Shown: piece by piece, positions 50,825 to 60,915 of the stretch | Layout of the letters: the number at the start of each line of letters is the position of its first letter | Numbering within the stretch: position 1 is the stretch's first letter | NCBI GenBank assembly: GCA_041651195.1 | Contig: JBAZJR010000002.1 | Span: 53,857 to 117,856, forward strand | DNA length: 64,000 bases | Direction of reading: 5' to 3' | Origin: Patescibacteria group bacterium | GTDB lineage: Bacteria > Patescibacteriota > Patescibacteriia > Patescibacteriales > UBA12465 | Notes under the pieces: generated by a model | Database searches by the model: none | What the model saw: only the letters and a program-made list of their open reading frames with translations | Told to the model about the DNA's origin: nothing | Program-made: the position numbers and the translations under genes

Positions 50825-51166
50825 ATGGAAATCTTATACTTTGTCCTCGCTTTCGTTGTCTACATGATAATCTTCGGATTCATCGTCGCCAGCGAAAAAA
50901 TCGCCTTAGAATCCGCCGCGCTGATATTGTCTGTTCTCCTAGCGATAATCTTATTGGGCGGGTCAATCATCAAATCCAGTCAACGCTTAACGGACATCAC
51001 CGGGCTTGTCCTGCCTGAACCGTTCGGCTGGACAACCTTGATTTGCGGATTAATCCTGGCTATCTGTACATTTTTCGGATACATCGCGCGGAACTCGGAC
51101 CAGCGAGCCGCCGCCCAGCAGCAAAAATGCCGCCAAACGAATCGATTGAAATTAAAAACGAACTGA
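50825..51166 (+). CDS. hypothetical small membrane protein
   Basis: 113 aa, three hydrophobic helices, RBS present. Confidence 0.5.
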   Translation: MEILYFVLAFVVYMIIFGFIVASEKIALESAALILSVLLAIILLGGSIIKSSQRLTDITGLVLPEPFGWTTLICGLILAICTFFGYIARNSDQRAAAQQQKCRQTNRLKLKTN

Positions 51167-51184
51167 AGATTGAAAAAGCGGATT

Positions 51185-51217
51185 AAAAAGCCTTTCTCTG
51201 AATAAGAAAGGCTTTTA
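51185..51217. terminator. bidirectional terminator
   Basis: AGCCTTTC-N9-GAAAGGCT hairpin between an A-run and a T-run, between convergent genes. Confidence 0.65.
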
Positions 51218-51311
51218 AATTTGACGAAGGGTGATCGCGGAAGGCCGATTACTAATTACGGAAGACTGATTACGAAAAAACAGATTCGTAAAACGCTAAG
51301 CGATGAGAGGC

Positions 51312-51980
51312 CTATTTCTTGCCAGCCTTTTCCTGGCGATAAAGATAATAGGAGTAGATCGGCAGGGCGAGGACAAGGATCGCAATAGCCAAGATAAACA
51401 GGACGATCTTCCCGATTCCCGGCGCTAAGACTGTCGCGGCCATCAAGAGGCCGGCGAGCAAGAAAACTTTGCCGCTCGCGGCATGGGTCTTATCCCAAAC
51501 CGTTTCCGAAGACAGGGTCCAGGGCGTCCTGATCCCCATAAACCAATTCATCTTGACCTTATTGAGAAGCCAGCCGATAGCGATAAACAGGGCGCCGATC
51601 AAAAGCGGCGTCCAAAATCCCATATCGACCGTATACCCCAGGCCATTTAGGCCCATCATCACGAATAAAAGGGACAGGAAGCCGACCATCAAGCTCTTGA
51701 ACCGGTGGTAAACAGGAGCGAAAGCGGCGTACTGCTCTTTCTTCGGATCGAAATAAGGGATGACCAGAAAAAGCAGATACATGCCGAGCGCCATGCCGGG
51801 TAAGAGGAAAGCGGCGACGCCGCGCGAGCTATAGCCGTTGACCTGGCCGTCTAAGCCCCAATGCGTCGCGACCCGCTCGGGAAAGCTTTGATAAAAATAG
51901 ATAGCGAGGCCAAAACTCAAGATGAGCAATAAGACCGGAAGCCATTCGGTCTTAAGATCCGGCTTGATCGGGTGAGACAT
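51312..51980 (-). CDS. SdpI/YhfL-family membrane protein (DUF1648 + SdpI)
   Basis: VATHWGLDGQVNGYSSR (DUF1648 signature) followed by multiple TM helices. Confidence 0.7.
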   Translation of the reverse strand: MSHPIKPDLKTEWLPVLLLILSFGLAIYFYQSFPERVATHWGLDGQVNGYSSRGVAAFLLPGMALGMYLLFLVIPYFDPKKEQYAAFAPVYHRFKSLMVGFLSLLFVMMGLNGLGYTVDMGFWTPLLIGALFIAIGWLLNKVKMNWFMGIRTPWTLSSETVWDKTHAASGKVFLLAGLLMAATVLAPGIGKIVLFILAIAILVLALPIYSYYLYRQEKAGKK

Positions 51981-52093
51981 AGATTTGATAATTAATTTTA
52001 CTTAACTCCTCCTTGACGGCGCTCCGTGGCCTTATGGTAGCCATGATTGCCTGTATCTTGATTATAGTCCGGCCGGCCGCGGAAATCAATCTC

Positions 52094-52122
52094 TTGACCG
52101 CTCCGGCGCGGGATGCTAAACT
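52094..52122 (+). promoter_or_regulatory. candidate promoter of the copper operon
   Basis: TTGACC (52094..52099), 17 nt, TAAACT (52117..52122). Confidence 0.5.
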
Positions 52123-52128
52123 TTTAAT

Positions 52129-52149
52129 ACCTATACCTATGGTATAGGT
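52129..52149. promoter_or_regulatory. perfect inverted repeat ACCTATACC-TAT-GGTATAGGT, candidate CsoR operator
   Basis: 9-bp arms with a 3-nt spacer. It starts about 7 nt after the -10 and lies 28 nt upstream of the csoR ATG. Confidence 0.55.
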
Positions 52150-52176
52150 GCTAAAAAACTAATTAAAAGAAACTAT

Positions 52177-52455
52177 ATGACCAAGGGCAAACAAAATATC
52201 TTGATCGCTTTCAAGAAAGCGAAAAGCCTGACCGAAAAGGTCGTCCGGATGACGGAGGACGGCGAATATTGCATCGATATCATGCAACAGAACCTGGCCG
52301 TCATCGGCCTGCTGAAATCTGCCCACCAGCAATTGATGGCTAACCATCTAAATTCTTGCTTCAAGAATGCCATGGCGTCGAAGAATGAGGCGGTCAAACA
52401 GCGGATGGTCGAAGAGATCTTGCGGGTCAACCGGCTAGCCGGCATAAAATTTTAA
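52177..52455 (+). CDS. csoR: CsoR/RcnR-family metal-sensing repressor
   Basis: 92 aa. CIDIMQQ...SAHQQLMANHLNSC carries the C-H-C ligand pattern of the DUF156/CsoR family. Confidence 0.85.
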   Translation: MTKGKQNILIAFKKAKSLTEKVVRMTEDGEYCIDIMQQNLAVIGLLKSAHQQLMANHLNSCFKNAMASKNEAVKQRMVEEILRVNRLAGIKF

Positions 52456-52458
52456 TAT

Positions 52459-53844
52459 ATGTCTCACAAATTGGTCATTTCTATCGCCGGGCTGCATTGC
52501 CGGGCCTGTGAACTTTTAAACGAAAAGAATCTTGGCCGGCTTCCTGGCGTCACCAAGGTCTTGGTCGACCACCGGAGCGGCCGAGCGGAAATATATCATC
52601 AAGGAGAAGCGCCTGATAAAGAAGCGATCCGCCGGATACTGAAAGCGGACGGCTATGATCTGGCGGATGAGGCTGGCCTCAGTGGCACAGATGGAACCGG
52701 GCTTAATTGCGCGCCGGATGCCGGACAACGCGGCCGCACCAACTGGCAGCTGCTGATCCCCTTATTAGCCTTGGCCTATTGGCTGGTCAGCCGCCTGCAC
52801 TTCGGCGACGCGAGCGGCCTGATCCGCGGCGAATTTTCCCTGCCCCTGGCTGTCCTCGTCGGCCTGGTCGCCGGCATTTCTACCTGCCTGGCCCTGGTCG
52901 GCGGCTTGGTCTTGGGCGTCGCCGCTAATTACGCTAAAGAAAATCCGGACGCAAGCCGGATCCAAAAATTCCAACCCCATATCATTTTTAATGCCGGACG
53001 CGTCTTAGGCTTCTTCTTCTTGGGCGGACTTTTAGGGCTTCTCGGCTCCGCTTTCCAGATATCCCCCTTCTTTAACGGCCTCCTGACCATCTTGGTCGGC
53101 GCGGTCGTCCTGGTCTTAGGATTAAAACTCTTAGATATCGCGCCAGCCCTGAATCGGATCGATTTTGCTTTGCCAAAAAGCTGGGGTCGCCGGATCAAGG
53201 CGGACAATCCGCTCCTCCTCGGCGCCCTGACTTTTTTCCTGCCCTGCGGCTTCACCCAGGCGATGCAGATCTACGCTCTCGGAAGCGGCAGCTTCCTGAA
53301 CGGCGGCTTGATCATGGCTTTCTTCGCTCTCGGCACGGCACCCGGACTATTGAGCATCGGCGGCCTGAGCTCCCTGCTGGATCAAAAAAAGTCCCGCCTT
53401 TTCTTCCGCGCGGCCGGCGTGGTCGTCGTTCTATTCGCGATGTTCAACCTGAATAACGGCTGGGCCTTGATCAAAGTTTCCGGATTCGGCGCGGGCAATA
53501 TCATCAATGGCGGTCCAACCGGCGACGCCACCATTCCGAACAGCGGCGCCATAGACAGCGCGGCGGCCGACGAGGGAGTCCAGATCGTCCGCATGGTCGA
53601 ATCGAATCGCGGCTACGCGCCGAATAGTTTCACGGTCGTAAAAAATAAACCGGTTCGCTGGATCATCGATGCCCAAGCGCCCTACTCCTGCGCCAGCAGC
53701 CTGATCGTCCCGAGCCTAGGGATTAGGCGCCAGCTGAAACCGGGCGAGAACGTCATCGAATTTACGCCGACTAAGAGCGGCGACCTGCCCTTCTCTTGCT
53801 CCATGGGCATGTACACCGGAAATTTCCTAGTTTTGGAAGATTAA
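52459..53844 (+). CDS. three-part membrane protein: N-terminal HMA-like domain, TauE/DsbD-like permease core, C-terminal cupredoxin-like domain
   Basis: N-terminal GLHCRACE (CxxC). About 6 TM helices including a FLPCGFTQAM motif. C-terminal about 100 aa with YSCAS...FSCSMGMYTGNF, resembling small blue-copper/EfeO-type folds. Confidence 0.65.
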   Translation: MSHKLVISIAGLHCRACELLNEKNLGRLPGVTKVLVDHRSGRAEIYHQGEAPDKEAIRRILKADGYDLADEAGLSGTDGTGLNCAPDAGQRGRTNWQLLIPLLALAYWLVSRLHFGDASGLIRGEFSLPLAVLVGLVAGISTCLALVGGLVLGVAANYAKENPDASRIQKFQPHIIFNAGRVLGFFFLGGLLGLLGSAFQISPFFNGLLTILVGAVVLVLGLKLLDIAPALNRIDFALPKSWGRRIKADNPLLLGALTFFLPCGFTQAMQIYALGSGSFLNGGLIMAFFALGTAPGLLSIGGLSSLLDQKKSRLFFRAAGVVVVLFAMFNLNNGWALIKVSGFGAGNIINGGPTGDATIPNSGAIDSAAADEGVQIVRMVESNRGYAPNSFTVVKNKPVRWIIDAQAPYSCASSLIVPSLGIRRQLKPGENVIEFTPTKSGDLPFSCSMGMYTGNFLVLED

Positions 53845-53918
53845 GAGGCGATCAGTCCTGAAAGATTGAAAGGCGCGGGAATCGAGACAACAAAAAAATA
53901 AAAATAACTGATTCATAT

Positions 53919-56240
53919 ATGCCTAAAAAAATAAATGTCGGCATCACCGGGATGCACTGCGCTTCTTGCGCTAAGATCATCACTGATGAATTGCAGGATG
54001 AGCCAAATCTGAAGATACTGAATATCAACCCCTTAACCGAACAAGCGGAACTAGAAGTGAATGAGGAGAATCTGCAACCAGATAAAGTCAACCAACGCTT
54101 GAAAAAACTTGGTTATCGCTTAAATTTTCCTGGAGACGCAAAAATAAATGCGGCGATAAAAATGGCTGGAACGGCGGAGAGAGGAACGGCAAGAAATATC
54201 TTTGAGGAATCTAAGGGCCAGAAATTAACGGAACTGCGTGATCAAAAACGGAAACTAATCATCACTCTGCCGATCATGGCCGCGATCCTCAGCGTCTTCT
54301 TCTGGTCCTTGGCCGCCCCCTACCTAAAACTGCAGCCAGCGGAGCTGGTACCGGGAGCGATATTGCTCCCCGTCGTCTTCCTAACTGCGACCTTGGTCTT
54401 ATTCTGGGTCGGCCTCGATTTCCTAAAAGCGACCGGCCGCTTCTTCCGCTATGGCCGGGCGAATATGGATACGCTCATCGGCCTGGGCACTGGCCTCGCT
54501 TATTTCTATTCGACGGCCATCTATCTCTTTCCGGCTATCCGCCTCCAGCTCGGTTTGGCGGAAATGTATTTCTTCGATGTCACGATAGTCGTCATCATCC
54601 TCGTTTCTCTAGGGAAATACTTGGAAAACAAAGCGAAATTACGGACTAATGAAACCATAGAAAAATTGATCAATCTCCAGGTCAAGACCGCCCTCGTCGA
54701 ACGCCAAGGCCGGGAGATCGAGCTGGCGATCAATGAACTCCTCGTCGGCGACATCGTCATCGTCAAGCCGGGCATGAAGATTCCGGCCGACGGCCGGGTT
54801 ATCGAAGGGGGATCGGCGGTCGACGAAGCGATGATCAGCGGTGAGTCGCTGCCGATCGACAAGCAGCCGGGCGACGAGGTAATCGGCGCCACGATCAATA
54901 AGCAAGGCCGGCTTAAAGTACGGATCGATAAAGTCGGTTCGGAAACGGTCTTAGCCGCGATCATCAAAGCGACCCAGGCGGCGCAGAATTCGAAAGCCCC
55001 GATCCAGAAATTAGCCGACACGGTCGCCGGCGTCTTCGTGCCGATTGTCCTCGTTATCGCCGGATTGACCTTAGCCGGTTGGCTGATCATCGGCCCGCGC
55101 TTTACCGCCTGGCCGGAAGCCGTAAGCCTCGGCCTCACCTGCTTCGTGAGCGTCATGGCCATCGCCTGCCCTTGCGCCCTCGGCTTAGCGACTCCGACCG
55201 GCATCACTGTCGGGCTCGGCCTAGCCAGCAAGAACGGGCTGCTCATCAAGAACGCCGCCAGCTTGGAAAAATTCGGCCGGACCGGCGTCATCGTCATGGA
55301 CAAGACCGGAACGATCACGAAGGGCGAACCGACAGTCAGCGATATCCTGCCGCTTAAAGGGACGCGGGGCGATGTCTTGACTCTAGCCGCTTCTTTAGAA
55401 AAAAATTCCGAACATCCGCTCGCGCAAGCCGTGAGCCGTCTGGCAAAAATGGAAAACATTATAGTCCTCCCGGTCAGCGCTTTCCAGGCGATAGCCGGAC
55501 AAGGCGTGAGCGGACAGATCAACGGCCAAGAATATTTCCTCGGCAATCTAAAGATGATATCTGATCTAGGCTTAACCAAGCGGCCTGATTGGCCGGCACG
55601 AGAGATAGAAGCTCTCGCCAAGCAAGGCAAAAGCTTGATGATACTCAGCACTGCCGACCGAGCCTTAGGCATCCTCGCCCTTGCCGATCAGATCAAGGAA
55701 GGAGCGACAACGGCGATTGCCGAACTCAAGCGCCTCGGCGTCAAAACCATAATGCTGAGCGGCGACCGGCAGGAAGCGGCGGATTATATCGCGCAGCAAG
55801 CCGGCGTCGACGAAGTGATCGCCGAAGTTTCGCCGCTTGGGAAAGCCGATAAGATCCGGGAAATAAAAGCGCGCGGCGGCCTGGTCGCGATGGTCGGCGA
55901 CGGTGTCAACGACGCGGTCGCTCTCGTCGCGGCCGATACCGGCATCGCGATGGCGGGCGGCTCGGACGTCGCAATCGAATCCGCCGATATCACGGTCCTG
56001 CACGGCGACCTATCAAAAATAATCAAAGCGCTGAAGATTTCCCGCCTGACGATCCGAAAGATAAAACAGAACCTCTTCTGGGCCTTCTTCTACAATATCA
56101 TCGCCATTCCGATCGCCGCCGGCGCGCTCTACCCGGCCTTCGGCCTCTTGCTCAGCCCGATCATCGCCGCTGGCGCGATGTCTTTCTCTTCGCTCAGTAT
56201 CATCTTCAATACCCTATTGATGCGGCGTACTAGGATTTGA
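53919..56240 (+). CDS. copA: copper-translocating P1B-type ATPase
   Basis: GMHCASCA HMA domain, CPC in ACPCALGLATP, DKTGTIT phosphorylation site, GDGVNDA hinge. Confidence 0.93.
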   Translation: MPKKINVGITGMHCASCAKIITDELQDEPNLKILNINPLTEQAELEVNEENLQPDKVNQRLKKLGYRLNFPGDAKINAAIKMAGTAERGTARNIFEESKGQKLTELRDQKRKLIITLPIMAAILSVFFWSLAAPYLKLQPAELVPGAILLPVVFLTATLVLFWVGLDFLKATGRFFRYGRANMDTLIGLGTGLAYFYSTAIYLFPAIRLQLGLAEMYFFDVTIVVIILVSLGKYLENKAKLRTNETIEKLINLQVKTALVERQGREIELAINELLVGDIVIVKPGMKIPADGRVIEGGSAVDEAMISGESLPIDKQPGDEVIGATINKQGRLKVRIDKVGSETVLAAIIKATQAAQNSKAPIQKLADTVAGVFVPIVLVIAGLTLAGWLIIGPRFTAWPEAVSLGLTCFVSVMAIACPCALGLATPTGITVGLGLASKNGLLIKNAASLEKFGRTGVIVMDKTGTITKGEPTVSDILPLKGTRGDVLTLAASLEKNSEHPLAQAVSRLAKMENIIVLPVSAFQAIAGQGVSGQINGQEYFLGNLKMISDLGLTKRPDWPAREIEALAKQGKSLMILSTADRALGILALADQIKEGATTAIAELKRLGVKTIMLSGDRQEAADYIAQQAGVDEVIAEVSPLGKADKIREIKARGGLVAMVGDGVNDAVALVAADTGIAMAGGSDVAIESADITVLHGDLSKIIKALKISRLTIRKIKQNLFWAFFYNIIAIPIAAGALYPAFGLLLSPIIAAGAMSFSSLSIIFNTLLMRRTRI

Positions 56241-56282
56241 TGCCGGGCGGCAAGGACGGCACAATGAAAAGATAGCCGAACA

Positions 56283-56313
56283 AAAAAACAATCCCCAGCG
56301 GGATTGTTTTTTC
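56283..56313. terminator. bidirectional rho-independent terminator between copA and the ABC permease gene
   Basis: AAAAAAACAATCCC-CAGC-GGGATTGTTTTTT. Confidence 0.75.
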
Positions 56314-56333
56314 AGCGCGGGAAAAAAAATCGT

Positions 56334-57530
56334 TTATTCGCTCCGGAGAGCATCGACCGGATCCAAGCGGCTGGCCTTAAAAGCCGGATAAAAACCGAAG
56401 AAAACGCCGACTAAGACCGAAAAGGTAAAACCGATGACCGGTCCGGTCCAAGAGCTGGCCATCGCGATCAGATTAAAATAAGAGATAAGAGGGATCGCCC
56501 CTTGGCCGATAAGCATGCCGATCAAACCGCCGACCATAGACAGGATTATCGATTCTAACAAGAACTGGACCAGGATATCCGAGCGTTTGCCGCCGATCGC
56601 CTTCGCGATGCCGATCTCCCTGGTCCGCTCGGCGACCGTGACGAACATGACATTCATGATGCCGATGCCGGAAACGAGCAGGGTGATCGCAGCGATCGCC
56701 GTCAAGAGCGCAGTCATAGTCTTAGCCGATTCTTGGGCGGCGGCAACCATGCTGCCGGCATCCATGATCCGGAAATCATCTTCCTGCGTCGCTTTCAAGT
56801 TATGCTCCGCTCTCAGGATGCTCGTGATGCTGGAAGTGGCTAAAGCGGTATTATCGACATTATCGACTGTCGTCGTGATCATCACTTGGCCGCGCGTGCC
56901 GAGGATGCTCTTTTCAGCCGTACTGCTCGGGATCAGGATCGACTCGTCTACGGAAATCATGCCGATCCGCGAACCTAATTTTTTCAAAATGCCGACGACT
57001 TCCAATTTCTTGCCGCCGACCGTGATCACGCTACCGAGCGGTTCGGTCCCATCGGAGAATAAATCGGACACGACCGTCTGGCCGATAACGGCCACTAAGG
57101 CCTTGCCGCTGATATCTTCCTCCTCTAAGCCTCGGCCGCTCGCTACCGTCAAATTGGAGATTCCCAAATAATTCTGATCGACGCCCACCACGCTATAAGT
57201 CTTTTCGACTGAACCGTAAGAAACAGAAGTGCTGCCTTGGATCGCGCCGGCCGCGGAAGAGATATGTTCGGACTCGAGCAATAACTGGGCATCCGCCGTC
57301 GTCAGCTTAGAGCTGCTAGTAAAGCCGCGGCCGCGATTCGGCATGATCAGGATAGAATTAGCGCTCATATTCTGAAATTGCGCGTTCACTGATTCTTGGG
57401 CGCCCTGTCCGACGGCAAAAACCGCGATCACGGTCGCGACGCCGATGATGATCCCGAGCATCGAGAGGAAGGTCCTGGTTTTCTTGGCGAGGAGAGACTC
57501 CAGCGCCATTTTTATAATTTCTAAAAACAT
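56334..57530 (-). CDS. MacB/FtsX-type ABC transporter permease
   Basis: 398 aa: N-terminal TM, a large extracytoplasmic MacB_PCD-like region, and a C-terminal FtsX domain (GIAKAIGGKRSDIL). Confidence 0.85.
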   Translation of the reverse strand: MFLEIIKMALESLLAKKTRTFLSMLGIIIGVATVIAVFAVGQGAQESVNAQFQNMSANSILIMPNRGRGFTSSSKLTTADAQLLLESEHISSAAGAIQGSTSVSYGSVEKTYSVVGVDQNYLGISNLTVASGRGLEEEDISGKALVAVIGQTVVSDLFSDGTEPLGSVITVGGKKLEVVGILKKLGSRIGMISVDESILIPSSTAEKSILGTRGQVMITTTVDNVDNTALATSSITSILRAEHNLKATQEDDFRIMDAGSMVAAAQESAKTMTALLTAIAAITLLVSGIGIMNVMFVTVAERTREIGIAKAIGGKRSDILVQFLLESIILSMVGGLIGMLIGQGAIPLISYFNLIAMASSWTGPVIGFTFSVLVGVFFGFYPAFKASRLDPVDALRSE

Positions 57531-57553
57531 AATCGATAGCTGCCGCCTTATAA

Positions 57554-58264
57554 TTAATAGCTGCCGCCGGTCAATTTATAATCTTCATCCACGACTTGCC
57601 CGTCCCGCAGATAGATGATCCGATCAGCATATTTAGCCACCGCGGAAGTATGCGTTACCATAACGACAGTCCGTCCCTGCTGCTTGAAGCCGGCGAAGAT
57701 GTCCATGACTTCCAGGCCGGATTTTGAATCTAAGGCGCCGGTCGGCTCATCGGCTAAGATAATTTCCGGATCATTGATCAGCGCGCGGCAAATCGCCACC
57801 CGCTGCTGCTGGCCGCCGGAGAGCTCCGTCGGCTTATGGAAGATCCTTTTTTCCATGCCGACTGATTTTAATAGTTCCCGCGCCTTACGCTGCCTCTCTA
57901 GGGCTGGCTGGCCGGCATAGAGCGCCGGCAGAGCGACATTCTGGAGAGCGGAGAAACGGGAAAAAAGGTTGAATTGCTGGAAAATGAAACCCATCTTCTT
58001 ATTCCTGATGAAAGCTAGGGTAAAATCATCCTTAACGCCGCCGATATCTTCGCCATCCAGAAGATACTGGCCTTTGGTGAGCGGATGCAGGCAGCCGATG
58101 ATATTCAATAAAGTCGTCTTACCGCCGCCGGATTCGCCCATGATCGCCACGAACTCTCCCTTCTTGATCATCAAATCAATCCCTCTTAAGACCGGCACTT
58201 CTTCTCCGTTGGCCAGATAATAGGATTTATGGGCGTCTACAAATTTTATAGCGATATCCGTCAT
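57554..58264 (-). CDS. ABC transporter ATP-binding protein (MacB/LolD-like)
   Basis: Walker [11 protein letters not shown], signature [15 protein letters not shown], Walker [12 protein letters not shown]. Confidence 0.9.
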   Translation of the reverse strand: MTDIAIKFVDAHKSYYLANGEEVPVLRGIDLMIKKGEFVAIMGESGGGKTTLLNIIGCLHPLTKGQYLLDGEDIGGVKDDFTLAFIRNKKMGFIFQQFNLFSRFSALQNVALPALYAGQPALERQRKARELLKSVGMEKRIFHKPTELSGGQQQRVAICRALINDPEIILADEPTGALDSKSGLEVMDIFAGFKQQGRTVVMVTHTSAVAKYADRIIYLRDGQVVDEDYKLTGGSY

Positions 58265-58300
58265 ATTTATATACGATAGCGAAACCAGCCATCGCCCGGA

Positions 58301-60169
58301 TTAATAGATAATCACGTTCCCTTCGCTCAGACCGCTAATCACTTCTACTTTCTTGCCGTCGGTAAAGCCAGTCGTAACCTGGGCAATGCTGCCATCTGCC
58401 AATTCCACCGCCGGATGGCCGTTGATGTTGCGGACGGCCGCGACCGGGACGCTTAAGACGCCAAGCGCCTCGGCGGTCACGAATTCGATCGCCGCGGTCA
58501 TCCCTTCGCGGATCTGCGCCTTACCGTCGTTATTCAGGATAACCCGGACGAGATAAGTGACAATACCGTTGGTGCTGGTCGTGGAGGTTAAGGAAATGAA
58601 GCTAATCTCGCCCCGCAGGCTCAACCCGTCAATCGCGTCAAAAGTAACGACAGCCTGATCGCCGACTTTCAGCTTGCTGACATCGGCTTCCTCGATATTG
58701 GCTTCGATGAATAGAGTATCATTGTTGATGATCGTCGCCATCGTCTTGGCGCTATCGCTTAGGATAATGTCACCCTGCTTATAATTCAACATAGCGATCA
58801 CGCCATCGATCGGCGAAATCAAGGTCGCCTGCTCCATATTATATTTGGCCTTGTCGACTGAGATGGCGGCCGAAGTCAGCTGGGCGCGCGCTGAAGCTAG
58901 ATCAGATTCCTTAACCGGCGCGATCAAGTCTTTATAATCGTTCTGCGCGCTGGTCAGTGCGATTTCCCGCGACCGGATAGAAATATTAGCGTTATTAATA
59001 TTCTGCTCCGCTTGCTTTTGCGCCGTGCTTAAGTCGTTGACCGCCTTATCATAAGCGATCTGATACTGGCTGAGATTATTCTTGGCGCTCGCGACCGCCT
59101 GCTGAGCGCTGTTCAGGCTAGCGATAGAGGAGTTGACGCTGCTTCGGTCGGAACTGATCGTCGATTTAAAACCATCTAATTTAGACTGGGAAAGGTTGGC
59201 AAAAGTCATGGTCGCGTCTAAAAGCTTCTGCATATCGGACAAATGATCCTGGAAGACAATCAGGGCTTGTCCGACAGCCGCGGCGGCCGCGTCGCTAGCC
59301 GCATTATCGTTGCCAGTCAGTGCGCTAAGCTGGGCTGAAAAATTAGCGCGCGCCTCCTTCGCGCTCCGATAACTGCTTTTGGCCTCTTCAAAACTGGTCG
59401 CGTCCTTAGCGCCTAAGCCTTCCTTAAAATCAATATTGATCAAAGTGTCATCAACGCCGATGATGCTGTCAGAATCACGGAGCGTCCGTTGCAAGGTCAA
59501 ATCAATAGACTTCAGCGTGGTCACTAAGCTGGCATAGGCGTTGCGGACATTCTCGCTGTCAGTTACGCTGCTATTTAGCTGGAGATTATTCTTGGCGGTC
59601 TGCAGATTGCTCTCCGCGTTGGCGATGCTCTGGTTAGAACTGGATTTAGTCTGCTCCAAACTGATCTTTGCCTGGTCCAAGGAGACCTGCGCCTGCTCGA
59701 TGGCAATCTTTGCCTTATTAATCTCACTTTCCGTCGCGGATTCCTGTTTAGTATTGAAATTAGCCAGGGCCGACTGATAGCTGGAGTAGGCATTTCGCAA
59801 TTCGAATTCCAGGCTTTCCGTCTTGACCGAAGCGATCTTATCGCCTTTCTTGACCTTATCGCCTTCCTTCACGTAGACATTATCGACTTCCAGATTGCCG
59901 GTCACGGGAAAAGACAGCTCCACGCCGTCTTTAGCCACGACCTTGCCGGTCGCTTCCACGGCAATCTTTAAGTCTTCTTTCTTGGCCGTCCATTTTTTTA
60001 TCTGGACTGTGGCCGTCGCATTGTCCGCCGCCCGATAATAAAAGAAGTAGTAGGCGCCGCCGCCTAAAATTATCGCCAGGCCAACGATGATAATAAATTT
60101 CTTACTAAAAATAAAGCCGAAGACTCCCCGTTTGGCTTTTTGGCTTTGCGCCAGGATTGACTCAGACAT
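58301..60169 (-). CDS. HlyD/MacA-type membrane fusion (periplasmic adaptor) protein with very long coiled-coil hairpin
   Basis: N-terminal TM, lipoyl-like GDKVKKGDKIA, about 300 aa of Ala/Ser/Gln/Asn-rich heptad-like sequence, then a beta-barrel C-terminus. 622 aa. Confidence 0.8.
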   Translation of the reverse strand: MSESILAQSQKAKRGVFGFIFSKKFIIIVGLAIILGGGAYYFFYYRAADNATATVQIKKWTAKKEDLKIAVEATGKVVAKDGVELSFPVTGNLEVDNVYVKEGDKVKKGDKIASVKTESLEFELRNAYSSYQSALANFNTKQESATESEINKAKIAIEQAQVSLDQAKISLEQTKSSSNQSIANAESNLQTAKNNLQLNSSVTDSENVRNAYASLVTTLKSIDLTLQRTLRDSDSIIGVDDTLINIDFKEGLGAKDATSFEEAKSSYRSAKEARANFSAQLSALTGNDNAASDAAAAAVGQALIVFQDHLSDMQKLLDATMTFANLSQSKLDGFKSTISSDRSSVNSSIASLNSAQQAVASAKNNLSQYQIAYDKAVNDLSTAQKQAEQNINNANISIRSREIALTSAQNDYKDLIAPVKESDLASARAQLTSAAISVDKAKYNMEQATLISPIDGVIAMLNYKQGDIILSDSAKTMATIINNDTLFIEANIEEADVSKLKVGDQAVVTFDAIDGLSLRGEISFISLTSTTSTNGIVTYLVRVILNNDGKAQIREGMTAAIEFVTAEALGVLSVPVAAVRNINGHPAVELADGSIAQVTTGFTDGKKVEVISGLSEGNVIIY

Positions 60170-60175
60170 AAAAAA

Positions 60176-60787
60176 TTAATTATTAATCAGGACGAAATCC
60201 GCTACTTTCCTATCGCCAGTGCTCGCGTCCAGCCAGATCGTCAGCATCTTATCGGCCGCCACATCGACCAAGGTCGCTTCTATCATCTCTCCGCGGCCAT
60301 TGCTGGCAGCCGACGGCTTTATCATCTTAATGCCAACCGGAATCAGGACTTTTTCCTCGCCGGTGCTCATTTCCTTCAGCTTCGCTAGCATCTCGGCACG
60401 CGCGCCTTCCGTCTGGACGCCGCCAGGACCGCCGCCAAGACCGCGACCGACCGCCATCCCGGACGGAGCATTGGCACCGCTCAAAGAAACGGCCGCCGGA
60501 CCGGAAGCGTTTTTCTCGGGCGAGGCTGCCGGCGTAGAACTGGCCCGACCGGCTGGATCGACCTTCAAGATAGTCACTTCATTACCAACTATCGATTTCA
60601 CGATACCACGGATATCAGCTGGCCTATCTGGTTGGCCGAAATCTGGCCTTTTATCGCGTCCGCGCGCTGACTGATCTAAAGACGCTCCGCCGCCAGCCTG
60701 ATCTTGACCGGACGGTTTCGGGCTGCAAGCGGTCAAGGCCAGCAAAAAAAATACGAGCGCCAGACAAAATAATAATTTTCGCTTCAT
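60176..60787 (-). CDS. hypothetical lipoprotein
   Basis: Signal peptide with the lipobox LALTAC. Gly/Pro/Ala-rich linker. First gene of the efflux block. Confidence 0.6.
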   Translation of the reverse strand: MKRKLLFCLALVFFLLALTACSPKPSGQDQAGGGASLDQSARGRDKRPDFGQPDRPADIRGIVKSIVGNEVTILKVDPAGRASSTPAASPEKNASGPAAVSLSGANAPSGMAVGRGLGGGPGGVQTEGARAEMLAKLKEMSTGEEKVLIPVGIKMIKPSAASNGRGEMIEATLVDVAADKMLTIWLDASTGDRKVADFVLINN

Positions 60788-60915
60788 AATTTTTTTATTA
60801 AAACTATAACTTAATTGGCCGGACCGTCCGGGCCGCCGCCCGGCGCGCCAGCCGCATAATAAAACAAGGCCTTCTTTTGGTTAATACGCCGCCGCGGACA
60901 ATTCCTTCACTATTA

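Noticed and set aside
54521-55672. 383-aa minus-strand ORF, plus several shorter ORFs (54639..54905, 55079..55357, 55589..56026), inside copA
   Set aside because: It is antisense or out of frame relative to a gene with complete P-type ATPase motifs. The composition is Arg/Ser/Pro/Ala-rich, typical of shadow ORFs in GC-rich coding DNA. It has no RBS or recognisable domain.
56515-57171. 218-aa plus-strand ORF inside the ABC permease gene, with similar ones in the ATPase gene (57615..58220)
   Set aside because: They are antisense shadows of well-supported ABC transporter genes.
60219-60674. 151-aa plus-strand ORF opposite the lipoprotein gene
   Set aside because: The minus-strand frame has a signal peptide, a lipobox and operon context. 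The plus frame is a Pro/Ala/Ser-rich shadow.
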